Below are positions 17,647-25,897 of a DNA stretch of 28,031 nt, in pieces. The stretch's first letter is position 1. The number at the start of each line of letters is the position of its first letter. The notes below the pieces were generated by a model. It had not been told where the DNA came from, made no database searches, and was given only the letters and a program-made list of their open reading frames with translations. The DNA lies in the sequence record SRR31156797_1995; one strand, given 5' to 3'. The position numbers and the translations under genes were made by a program.

Positions 17647-19512
17647 ATGATATCATATTTACAGGTTGAAAACCTTAGCAAAAGTTACGGAGATCTTACG
17701 TTATTCGAAGGAATACACTTTGGTGTTGGACAAGGGCAAAAGATTGCGCTTATTGCCAAAAACGGAACGGGCAAAACTTCTCTTCTAAACATTATTGCTG
17801 GAAAAGATTCTCAGGATAATGGTGAAATTATCTTTCGTAATGATATCAAACTAGCATATCTGCAACAAAATCCTGAACTGGATAATAGCAATACAGTTCT
17901 TAATGAAGTTTTCAATTCAGATGATCCAGTTCTTTCTGTTATTAGAGATTACGAAAAAGTAATTAATGATAACGATGAAGAAAAAATGACCGAAATTCTT
18001 GAAAAAATGGACCAGTATAAAGCCTGGGATTACGAGAATAAGGTAAAACAGATTCTTTCAAAACTTAAAATTACAAAATTCGATCAGATAATTGGAGAAC
18101 TTTCAGGTGGACAAAAAAAGAGAGTTGGTTTGGCAAAAGTTCTAATAACTGATCCTGATTTTTTGATTTTGGATGAGCCTACTAACCATTTGGATCTTGA
18201 AATGATTGAGTGGCTTGAGGAATATTTAAATAAATCGAAAGGCACACTTTTAATGGTGACACACGACAGATATTTTCTGGATCGTGTTTGCAATGAAATT
18301 ATTGAAATGGATGCCAATTCCATATATACCTATAAAGGAAACTATTCGTATTATCTTGAAAAAAGAGCAGAACGAATCGAAAATACTAATGCTGAAGTTG
18401 GGAAGGCACAAAAACTTTTAAAAACAGAGCAGGAATGGATGCGCAGAATGCCACAAGCACGTGGAACCAAAGCTAAATACCGTATTGATGCCTTTTACGA
18501 TTTAAAAAAGAAGGCTGCTTCTGGATTTAGGGAAGATAGCATGGATTTAGATATTAAATCAGCTCGTTTAGGTAAAAAAATCCTTGAATTAGAAGGATTG
18601 AATAAAAGCTACGGTGATCTCAAAATTTTGGAAGACTTTTCTTACAAATTCCAACGAGGAGAGAAAATTGGTATTGTTGGTAAAAACGGAACTGGAAAAT
18701 CAACCTTTCTGAATATCATTACCCGTAATATGGAAGCTGATTCTGGTTCTATCGAAATTGGTGAAACTGTAGTTTATGGATACTACAAACAAGATGGAAT
18801 TACAATCAACGAAAACGAAAAAATTATTGATGTAATCAAAGATATTGCCGAATCAATTGATTTAGGTAATGGCAAAGTGATGTCGGCCTCTCAATTTTTG
18901 GAGTATTTCCTTTTCCCTACAAAAACACAATACAATTACGTTTCGAAATTAAGCGGTGGAGAAAAGCGTCGTTTGTATTTAATGACGGTTCTGATGAAAA
19001 ATCCAAACTTCCTTATCTTGGATGAGCCTACAAATGATCTTGATATCATGACCTTAAACGTTCTGGAGGAATACTTAATGAACTTTAAAGGTTGTTTGAT
19101 CATTGTTTCTCACGACAGATATTTCATGGATAAGGTGGTTGATCAGATGTTTGTATTTGAAGGAATGGGAAAAATTAGAAACTTCCCAGGCAATTACACA
19201 ATTTATCGCGATACTGTTGAGGAAGAAGAAAAAGAACTAAAAAAAGTAGAAAAAACAGTAAAGCCGAAAAAAGAAAAACCAAAATCGAACAATACAACTA
19301 AAAAACTATCCTTTAACGAAAAAAGAGAATTTGAGCAATTAGAAGTTGATTTGGAAAACTTAAATACAGAAAAATGTGAACTCGAAACGGCAATGAGTTC
19401 GGGAACCTTATCGAATGATGATTTGATTCAAAAATCAACAAGAATTGAAGAGGTGATCAACTTGATTGATGAAAAAGAACTAAGATGGCTTGAATTAAGT
19501 GAAAGAGCCTAA
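17647..19512 (+). CDS. ABC-F family ATPase (Uup/YfmR-like) with C-terminal coiled-coil extension
   Basis: Two nucleotide-binding domains (AKNGTGKT/LSGGQ/LDEPTNHLD and GKNGTGKST/LSGGE/LDEPTNDLD), no membrane domain, and a Uup-like tail (KKLSFNEKREF...RWLELSE). I prefer the ATG at 17647 over the TTG at 17638. Confidence 0.92.
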   Translation: MISYLQVENLSKSYGDLTLFEGIHFGVGQGQKIALIAKNGTGKTSLLNIIAGKDSQDNGEIIFRNDIKLAYLQQNPELDNSNTVLNEVFNSDDPVLSVIRDYEKVINDNDEEKMTEILEKMDQYKAWDYENKVKQILSKLKITKFDQIIGELSGGQKKRVGLAKVLITDPDFLILDEPTNHLDLEMIEWLEEYLNKSKGTLLMVTHDRYFLDRVCNEIIEMDANSIYTYKGNYSYYLEKRAERIENTNAEVGKAQKLLKTEQEWMRRMPQARGTKAKYRIDAFYDLKKKAASGFREDSMDLDIKSARLGKKILELEGLNKSYGDLKILEDFSYKFQRGEKIGIVGKNGTGKSTFLNIITRNMEADSGSIEIGETVVYGYYKQDGITINENEKIIDVIKDIAESIDLGNGKVMSASQFLEYFLFPTKTQYNYVSKLSGGEKRRLYLMTVLMKNPNFLILDEPTNDLDIMTLNVLEEYLMNFKGCLIIVSHDRYFMDKVVDQMFVFEGMGKIRNFPGNYTIYRDTVEEEEKELKKVEKTVKPKKEKPKSNNTTKKLSFNEKREFEQLEVDLENLNTEKCELETAMSSGTLSNDDLIQKSTRIEEVINLIDEKELRWLELSERA

Positions 19513-19594
19513 TCGTTAAGCTCTGTTAAACATGTTTTCTTTTTTTGTGAATCGATAGAAAAATAAGAGCTTTGTAGTTCTAAGCCGTTAGTGC

Positions 19595-20938
19595 ATGAAA
19601 GATTTTACCTCAGGAAACGTAAGCAAATTAATTTTCCAATTTACCCTCCCAATGCTTTTGGGAAATGTATTTCAGCAACTGTATAATGTTGTTGATAGTA
19701 TTATTGTGGGTAAAGTTCTGGGAAAGGAAGCTCTTGCTTCTGTAGGTGCATCTTTCCCAATTATCTTTACTCTTATTGCACTGTTAATTGGTATTGGTTC
19801 AGGGTTTTCAATAATCATATCTCAATTTTATGGTGCCAAAGATATCGACAGAGTAAAACGCTCTATCGATACCATGTACATCTTTTTGTTTGTAGCAGGA
19901 TTATTGGTTACAGTCTTTGGTATTTATTTTAGCGAAGAACTCTTTCTATTACTACAATTGCCAAAAGAACTCATTCCACAAGCTACAACTTACCTGAATG
20001 TTTACATGGCGGGAATGATTCTCTTTTTCGGATTCAACGGAACCAGTTCTGTTCTTCGGGGATTGGGCGATTCAAAAACCCCTCTTTACTTTTTAATACT
20101 CGCATCCATATTCAACATTATTTTTGATGTGCTGTTTGTTATGGTATTTAATTGGGGAATTGCAGGAGCTGCCTGGGCAACTGTAATTGCGCAAGGTGGA
20201 GCTTTTGTAACAGGAATTATTTACCTGAACAGAACTCACAATATCATGAAATTCTCACTTTGGGAATTGGGATTCGATAAAGAATTATTCATTAAAAGTT
20301 TAAAGATTGGATTACCATCGGGTTTACAACACACTTTTGTTGCATTGGGAATGATGGCACTACTTGGTATTGTTAACACCTTTGGGACTGATGTTATTGC
20401 AGCATACACCGCAGCAGGCAGAATCGATTCTTTAGCTATGATGCCTGCTATGAATTTCTCTCAAGCGGTAGCAGCTTTTGTTGGTCAGAATCTGGGCGCG
20501 AATAAAATAGATAGAGTTCGTAAAGGATTCAAGGCAACCTTTATCATGTCTAACCTATTCTGTCTGCTTATGACCGCAATTATTGTGATATTCGGTAGCC
20601 AGCTCATGAAAATGTTTACCACAGACCCTAATGTTATTGCCATAGGAGAAAAGTACCTGATTATTGTAAGTTCATTCTATCTTCTTTTCTCTACCATGTT
20701 TACAACGAACGGTGTTCTGCGTGGTGCTGGAGACACTCTAATTCCGATGTTTATAACTCTGTTCTCCCTTTGGATCATTCGAATTCCAGGAGCCTATTTT
20801 CTTTCATCAAAAATTGGTGAAACCGGTATTTGGTGGTCGATTCCTTTAGGCTGGTCGATGGGAACATTATTCTCCTATCTATATTACCGAACCGGGAGAT
20901 GGAAAACAAAATCGGTAGTTAGACCTCAGAGCTCTTAA
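19595..20938 (+). CDS. MATE family efflux transporter
   Basis: PMLLGNVFQQLYNVVDSIIVG, LRGLGDSKTPL, GIAGAAWATVIAQ, FVGQNLGA and LRGAGDT motifs, with about 12 hydrophobic segments. Confidence 0.95.
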   Translation: MKDFTSGNVSKLIFQFTLPMLLGNVFQQLYNVVDSIIVGKVLGKEALASVGASFPIIFTLIALLIGIGSGFSIIISQFYGAKDIDRVKRSIDTMYIFLFVAGLLVTVFGIYFSEELFLLLQLPKELIPQATTYLNVYMAGMILFFGFNGTSSVLRGLGDSKTPLYFLILASIFNIIFDVLFVMVFNWGIAGAAWATVIAQGGAFVTGIIYLNRTHNIMKFSLWELGFDKELFIKSLKIGLPSGLQHTFVALGMMALLGIVNTFGTDVIAAYTAAGRIDSLAMMPAMNFSQAVAAFVGQNLGANKIDRVRKGFKATFIMSNLFCLLMTAIIVIFGSQLMKMFTTDPNVIAIGEKYLIIVSSFYLLFSTMFTTNGVLRGAGDTLIPMFITLFSLWIIRIPGAYFLSSKIGETGIWWSIPLGWSMGTLFSYLYYRTGRWKTKSVVRPQSS

Positions 20939-20940
20939 AT

Positions 20941-21272
20941 TACATTTCGCAAAAGGGGAAATCATTGCAATGACATTTAAAATAGGCTAAAACTTTAAGG
21001 AATACACTTTAAACCAATCAAATTCCACTCCCACAGTTGGGAATGCAGTTTGAATCTTTCTGTTCGTGTTCCCATTTTTTGGCAAGGTACATTTTCTCAT
21101 CCTGTGTAGCCTCCCGTATGTAGGAATACACTTCTATCTTTTCCAATTCATACTCTCTTTATCGGGAATTTACTTTTATCCGTTCAAACAACTCTACCAC
21201 AAATAGGAATACCAGTTTGATTCATTCTAGCTACATTCCCAATTTTGGGAACCTCTTTAAAACGGTTCAAAC
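20941..21272. repeat. Degenerate tandem array, 8 units of 41-42 bp, each with a YTCCCA-N4-TRGGAA palindrome
   Basis: RGGAAT-like cores start at 20956, 20998, 21039, 21081, 21122, 21164, 21205 and 21247 (spacings 42,41,42,41,42,41,42). The downstream half of each unit is also similar (ACACTTT...TTCAAAC-like). Confidence 0.8.
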
Positions 21273-21337
21273 TTAATTACCTCTTATAACATTAGCCAAA
21301 AACACCTGAAAAGTAGTGTTTAGGCAAACCCATTCTG

Positions 21338-21368
21338 TTTGCAAATCCGTTTCAAACTCTTACCTTTG
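21338..21368 (+). promoter_or_regulatory. Consensus Bacteroidota sigma-A promoter of yicC
   Basis: TTTG at 21338-21341, a 19-nt spacer, then TACCTTTG at 21361-21368, 20 nt upstream of the ATG. Confidence 0.8.
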
Positions 21369-21388
21369 CGGAAATCAATTTCTCGAAT

Positions 21389-22267
21389 ATGTTAATATCG
21401 ATGACAGGCTTTGGTAAAGCCACTCTTGAATTGGAAAACAAAAAGGTTTCCATCGAAATTAAATCCCTAAACAGCAAGCAGCTTGACATTAATACTCGAA
21501 TGCCAAATCTTTACAAAGAAAAAGATTTAGTACTGAGAAATGAAATCAAGAATAAGCTGGAAAGAGGTAAAGTTGAGCTTTCTGTTTTTATCGAAAGTGT
21601 TGGTACCGATAAGGAAACAAAAATCAACAAGCCTATTGTGGAAGCCTATTACAAGCAGCTTGCAGAATTATCTGCTGATTTGGGAATTCCAATGGAGAAA
21701 GAGCCAATTCTACAAACAATTGTGAAACTTCCGGATGCTCTTAAAACAGAACACCAAGAGCTTGACGAAGAAGAGTGGAATCATATTTTTGCCGGTTTTA
21801 AAGCTGCAGTTAAAGATTTAACCTCATTCAGAAATCAGGAAGGTGAAGCATTACAAGAAGATATCTTTGCTCGTATTGCTAATATCGAAAAACTTTTAGA
21901 AGAAGTTCCACAATACGAATCGGATAGAATTGAAACGGTTAAGACCCGAATTAATGATAATTTGAACGATTTTGTTGAGAAACAGAACGTGGACAAAAAC
22001 AGATTCGAACAAGAAATCATTTACTATCTTGAAAAATTAGATATTACTGAAGAGAAAGTTCGTTTGGCAAATCATTGTAAATATTTTATCGAGACAGCTG
22101 GTAATGGTACTTCTATCGGTAAAAAACTAGGTTTTATTGCTCAGGAAATTGGTCGTGAGATCAATACCTTAGGATCAAAAGCAAATGATTCCAACATTCA
22201 GAAGATTGTGATTCAAATGAAAGACGAATTGGAAAAAATAAAAGAACAATTACTAAACGTCTTGTAA
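21389..22267 (+). CDS. yicC: YicC/YloC family endoribonuclease
   Basis: SMTGFG start, LERGKV, EKLDITEEKVRL, GKKLGFIAQEIGREINTLGSKAN and ELEKIKEQ motifs. It lies upstream of gmk, as is widely conserved. Confidence 0.95.
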   Translation: MLISMTGFGKATLELENKKVSIEIKSLNSKQLDINTRMPNLYKEKDLVLRNEIKNKLERGKVELSVFIESVGTDKETKINKPIVEAYYKQLAELSADLGIPMEKEPILQTIVKLPDALKTEHQELDEEEWNHIFAGFKAAVKDLTSFRNQEGEALQEDIFARIANIEKLLEEVPQYESDRIETVKTRINDNLNDFVEKQNVDKNRFEQEIIYYLEKLDITEEKVRLANHCKYFIETAGNGTSIGKKLGFIAQEIGREINTLGSKANDSNIQKIVIQMKDELEKIKEQLLNVL

Positions 22268-22286
22268 CAAAATAATCTATTTCATT

Positions 22287-22318
22287 AAAGCGTAGGGTCC
22301 AAAACTCTGCGCTTTTTT
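22287..22318 (+). terminator. Terminator-like hairpin between yicC and gmk
   Basis: AAAGCGUAGGGU-CCAAA-ACUCUGCGCUUU with two G-U pairs that work only on the + strand, followed by a U run. Confidence 0.65.
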
Positions 22319-22346
22319 ATAAATTTAAAACAACAAAGCATTAAAT

Positions 22347-22913
22347 ATGTCGGGGAAACTATTCATATTCTCAGCACCAAGTGGATCGGGTAAAACAACG
22401 ATTGTACGTCATCTGTTACAACAGGATTTAAAACTTGAATTTTCGGTATCGGCAACCAGCAGAGCTAAGAGAGGCAACGAAATTGATGGCAAAGATTACT
22501 ATTTTTTAAGTGCTGAAGATTTTAAGCAAAAGATTGCTAACGATGAGTTTTTAGAATGGGAAGAGGTTTACGAAGGTTGCTTTTATGGTACCTTAAAAAG
22601 TGAAGTTGAACGAATTCGTAACAAAGGAAACAATGTAATTTTTGATGTTGATGTTGTTGGTGGAGTAAATATTAAAAAGTTTTATCAAGATGATGCTTTG
22701 GCTGTTTTCATTCAACCTCCTTCAATTGAGGAATTGGAAAACAGATTGAGAAGTAGAAATACCGATAGTGATGACGTAATTGCCAACCGAGTTAAAAAAT
22801 TCAAATTCGAATTGGCTTTTGCCGATCAGTTTGATACGGTAATTATCAACGACAAGTTGGAGGATGCACTAGAGGAAGCTGAAAACAAATTACAAAACTT
22901 CATAAATCAATAA
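22347..22913 (+). CDS. gmk: Guanylate kinase
   Basis: P-loop SAPSGSGKTT, with SVSATSR, DGKDYYFL, FLEWEEVY and YGT motifs. Confidence 0.97.
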   Translation: MSGKLFIFSAPSGSGKTTIVRHLLQQDLKLEFSVSATSRAKRGNEIDGKDYYFLSAEDFKQKIANDEFLEWEEVYEGCFYGTLKSEVERIRNKGNNVIFDVDVVGGVNIKKFYQDDALAVFIQPPSIEELENRLRSRNTDSDDVIANRVKKFKFELAFADQFDTVIINDKLEDALEEAENKLQNFINQ

Positions 22914-22916
22914 AAA

Positions 22917-23492
22917 ATGAAAATCGGTTTATACTTCGGATCATTTAACCCGATACACATTGGTCATTTGGCAATTGCCAATTATATGGCTGAATATTCC
23001 GATTTGGATCAAATCTGGTTTGTGGTAAGTCCTCAAAATCCATTTAAACAAAAAAGTAGTTTATTGAGCGATTACCATCGATTAGAGTTGGTTAATCGCT
23101 CGATTGAAAACTATACAAAGTTAAAAGCATCCAATATTGAGTTCGGTTTGCCAAAACCATCTTACACTATTGATACTTTAACATATCTGAAAGAGAAATT
23201 CCCTTCTAATGAATTTTCTTTAATTGTAGGATCTGATAACCTGAAAAGTTTCTCTAAATGGAAAAACTACGATTTGATTTTGCAAAATCATGACCTGTAT
23301 GTTTATCCAAGACCTGGATTTAAAGACGAAGAAGTACAATTGGAGGGAAACATCCATTTGGTAAATGCTCCGTTAATGGAAATCTCATCAAGCTTTATAA
23401 GAGAGGCAATTAAGAACAAAAAAGAGATTCCTTACTTTATGCCAGAAGCGGCATATCGCTATTTAAAGGAGATGCATTTTTACGAAAAATAG
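22917..23492 (+). CDS. nadD: Nicotinate-nucleotide adenylyltransferase
   Basis: GSFNPIHIGH, SYTIDTL, GSDN, WKNY and ISSSFIR motifs. Confidence 0.96.
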   Translation: MKIGLYFGSFNPIHIGHLAIANYMAEYSDLDQIWFVVSPQNPFKQKSSLLSDYHRLELVNRSIENYTKLKASNIEFGLPKPSYTIDTLTYLKEKFPSNEFSLIVGSDNLKSFSKWKNYDLILQNHDLYVYPRPGFKDEEVQLEGNIHLVNAPLMEISSSFIREAIKNKKEIPYFMPEAAYRYLKEMHFYEK

Positions 23493-23495
23493 CAT

Positions 23496-23525
23496 AAAAA
23501 AAAGGCAGGTCCCCACCTGCCTTTT
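23496..23525. terminator. Bidirectional terminator (nadD on +, putative sRNA on -)
   Basis: A8-GGCAGGT-CCCC-ACCTGCC-T4. The longer U tail (U8) is on the minus strand. Confidence 0.85.
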
Positions 23526-23633
23526 CTAACCCAAAATGATTTCCAATACGAAATTTTAACCCTAAAACCTTATACAAGTCATATTGAAATACCGATTCGA
23601 TCATCGTGCCTAACCACTACACTCCCGAATCGG
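23496..23633 (-). ncRNA. Putative independently transcribed small RNA (~135 nt)
   Basis: It has its own promoter (TTTG 23667-23664 and TACCTTTG 23645-23638), two stems, a U8 terminator and no evident ORF. It is insulated from upstream read-through by the terminator at 23714-23741. Confidence 0.65.
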
Positions 23634-23637
23634 AGTG

Positions 23638-23667
23638 CAAAGGTAATCATTATTTTAAAACCACAAA
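23638..23667 (-). promoter_or_regulatory. Bacteroidota sigma-A promoter with no downstream protein-coding gene
   Basis: Minus strand TTTG-N18-TACCTTTG, with the same -7 octamer as the yicC promoter. Confidence 0.7.
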
Positions 23668-23713
23668 GTTTTTATTTCTGATTTTGATTCTTTTTTTAAT
23701 AAAAATAACGCAT

Positions 23714-23741
23714 AAAAAAAGGCTGCAAATTGCAGCCTTTT
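23714..23741 (-). terminator. Intrinsic terminator of the M16 peptidase operon
   Basis: A7-GGCTGCAA-A-TTGCAGCC-T4, giving U7 on the minus strand about 25 nt after the stop at 23766. Confidence 0.85.
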
Positions 23742-23765
23742 ATATTTTAAAATTTACATCACATC

Positions 23766-25829
23766 TTAGTTAAAAACAGAATCATCTACACCTTTATTTA
23801 CAGATAGTTCTGTAATCGTAAGTGGCATTTCCTGTGGTCCCATTTTAGTAATGGCTGAGTATGGATATTTGATACCTTCAACCTCGGTATAATTCTTATA
23901 CAAAGTAGTTACACTCATACCTTGTTGCTGTGCAATAGTTTTTAGCTTTAAACCAGAATCAGCACTAAAAAACTCGTACTTCGTATTACCTTGAGAATCT
24001 TTAACTTCAAGCTTGTAAGCTTTTTCTCCATCAACATTTTCCGCACCAACAATTTTCATGCTGTAACCCATTTGTTCCATGTTCAACTCAGGGCAAATCT
24101 GTGCCTGCTGCTTGAATCCTGCCAATTGAGTTTCATTAGCTACCATTTCGTTTCCTTGAGCAACAACTCTACCTGATGTACCATTGTAATACATTGCTTG
24201 CATCACCTGACCATTCATTGTCATTTTCATGCAAAACTTCTCATTGTTTTTCTGAGCTGATTCTACATTAATACTCATTGGTCCCATTTTCATCTCACCT
24301 TTAATGCTAAGATCTTTAACTGCCATCCAGTTATCACGACCGCCTATAGCATCAACATAGTTTGCGATTACAGTTTTACAGGTCAATCCTTCAGGAATTG
24401 CATTTGGATCTTCCTTAACGATATCACCTTTGTAGTCGTACTCTTCTACCTTACCAGTCGAGCTTAATTTAGCCAATTGCTTTTTGTATTTCTTATCACC
24501 TACTACCAAATAAACAGCATTGTTAGGGTCAACATACTTTTTAGCCATTGCTTGAATATCTTCCAATGTTACTTTATCTAATTTTTCAAGATAAGTTGCA
24601 TAATAATCTTCAGGTAAATTGTATCGCTCAATAGCCATAGCAAATCTTGCAATTGTTCCCGGATCTTCAAGAGATCTTGCAAAATCACCAGCCATAGTTG
24701 CTTTGGTCATATTCAAATGATCTTGAGTCAATTTGGTATCTCTAATACGATCCATCTCAACCACCATTTGCATTAATGCGCTATCGGTAACTTCAGCTTT
24801 TACCTCAGAACTAGTGTAGAATCCACCTACCAATTTATCAGAATACAATCTTGAACCTGCACCATAAGTATAGGCTTTATCTTCACGTAAATTTTTCATT
24901 AATAATCCTGAAAAACCACGACCTAACATAGCATTCATAACTGAAGCTGGAATCACATCAGCATTTCCCTTCTTCAATTCAAATGAATTGTAAATGCGAA
25001 CTAAAGATTGAGGAGCAGCATCTTTATTCGATAAAACTACTCTCTTACCTTCCATTTTTGCAGGCATTTCATATTTGTGATTTGGTACTTCAGCAGATTC
25101 CCAATCACCAAAATATTTCTTTACTAATTTTTTAGCTTCTTTTGTAGTGATATCACCAACAATTGCCATTAAAGCTTTGTTCGGCTTAAAGTAAGTAGTG
25201 TAATATTTTTTACAATCTTCAACAGTAAAGCTCTTAACAGTTTCCTCGGTTACAACATCTCCATAAGGATGATTTGCAGGATAAAGAACTCTGCTTCTCA
25301 TATTACTCGCCATTGAACCAGGATCTGTCTTGTTTGCTTCTAATCCTGACAAAGTTTGCTTCACAATTTTATCAAACTCTTCTTGTGGGAAAATAGGATT
25401 CTGAAGAACATCAGCCATTAATTCAATAATTTCCTCTTTATAACGAGACAAACCACCTGCATCAACACCACTTGATGAAACACCCAATTCAGCACCAATA
25501 AAATCGATCTCTTCAGCAATTTGCTTACCCGATCGTTTTGTGGTTCCTCTATCTAAAAGTTGCCCCATAACCGATAAGTAACCTGCTTTGTCACCTTCGG
25601 CAATAGGATCATTTAGTAATGAAATTGCAAATCCTACCTGTGGTAATTTGTGATTGGCAACAACCAATACTTTCATTCCATTCTTTAGAGTAAACGTATC
25701 GTAATCCCCTAATTGAACTTTAGGTGCAGGACCAGCAGCCGGAGCTTTCGTTCTATCAACCTGAGCACTTGCAGAAACCACAAAACAAACTGCGATAAGA
25801 AGTGCAAATAATCTATATAAATTTTTCAT
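23766..25829 (-). CDS. M16B peptidase non-catalytic subunit with ~200-aa C-terminal extra domain, secreted
   Basis: Signal peptide ASA-Q, M16 features (FTLKNGMKVLV, RGT, YFKPN, IVGDI, and the R/Y pair in NLREDKAYTY), and no HxxEH motif. The extra beta-rich region begins near VIANYVDAIGG. Confidence 0.88.
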   Translation of the reverse strand: MKNLYRLFALLIAVCFVVSASAQVDRTKAPAAGPAPKVQLGDYDTFTLKNGMKVLVVANHKLPQVGFAISLLNDPIAEGDKAGYLSVMGQLLDRGTTKRSGKQIAEEIDFIGAELGVSSSGVDAGGLSRYKEEIIELMADVLQNPIFPQEEFDKIVKQTLSGLEANKTDPGSMASNMRSRVLYPANHPYGDVVTEETVKSFTVEDCKKYYTTYFKPNKALMAIVGDITTKEAKKLVKKYFGDWESAEVPNHKYEMPAKMEGKRVVLSNKDAAPQSLVRIYNSFELKKGNADVIPASVMNAMLGRGFSGLLMKNLREDKAYTYGAGSRLYSDKLVGGFYTSSEVKAEVTDSALMQMVVEMDRIRDTKLTQDHLNMTKATMAGDFARSLEDPGTIARFAMAIERYNLPEDYYATYLEKLDKVTLEDIQAMAKKYVDPNNAVYLVVGDKKYKKQLAKLSSTGKVEEYDYKGDIVKEDPNAIPEGLTCKTVIANYVDAIGGRDNWMAVKDLSIKGEMKMGPMSINVESAQKNNEKFCMKMTMNGQVMQAMYYNGTSGRVVAQGNEMVANETQLAGFKQQAQICPELNMEQMGYSMKIVGAENVDGEKAYKLEVKDSQGNTKYEFFSADSGLKLKTIAQQQGMSVTTLYKNYTEVEGIKYPYSAITKMGPQEMPLTITELSVNKGVDDSVFN

Positions 25830-25897
25830 TTTTCTCTTTTTTCAGTTCGTGAATAATTAAAACATCTAAACCATAGATATTACTATTCCTGAGACTA

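Noticed and set aside
17647-20938. Antibiotic-resistance island (ABC-F plus MATE)
   Set aside because: The ABC-F looks like a housekeeping Uup/YfmR type, the context is core genes, and there are no mobility signatures.
20941-21272. CRISPR array or repeat-protein gene as an explanation for the 41/42-bp array
   Set aside because: The period is too short for repeat plus spacer, the repeats are not identical, the linkers resemble each other, and no cas genes are present. The 41-bp steps break any reading frame.
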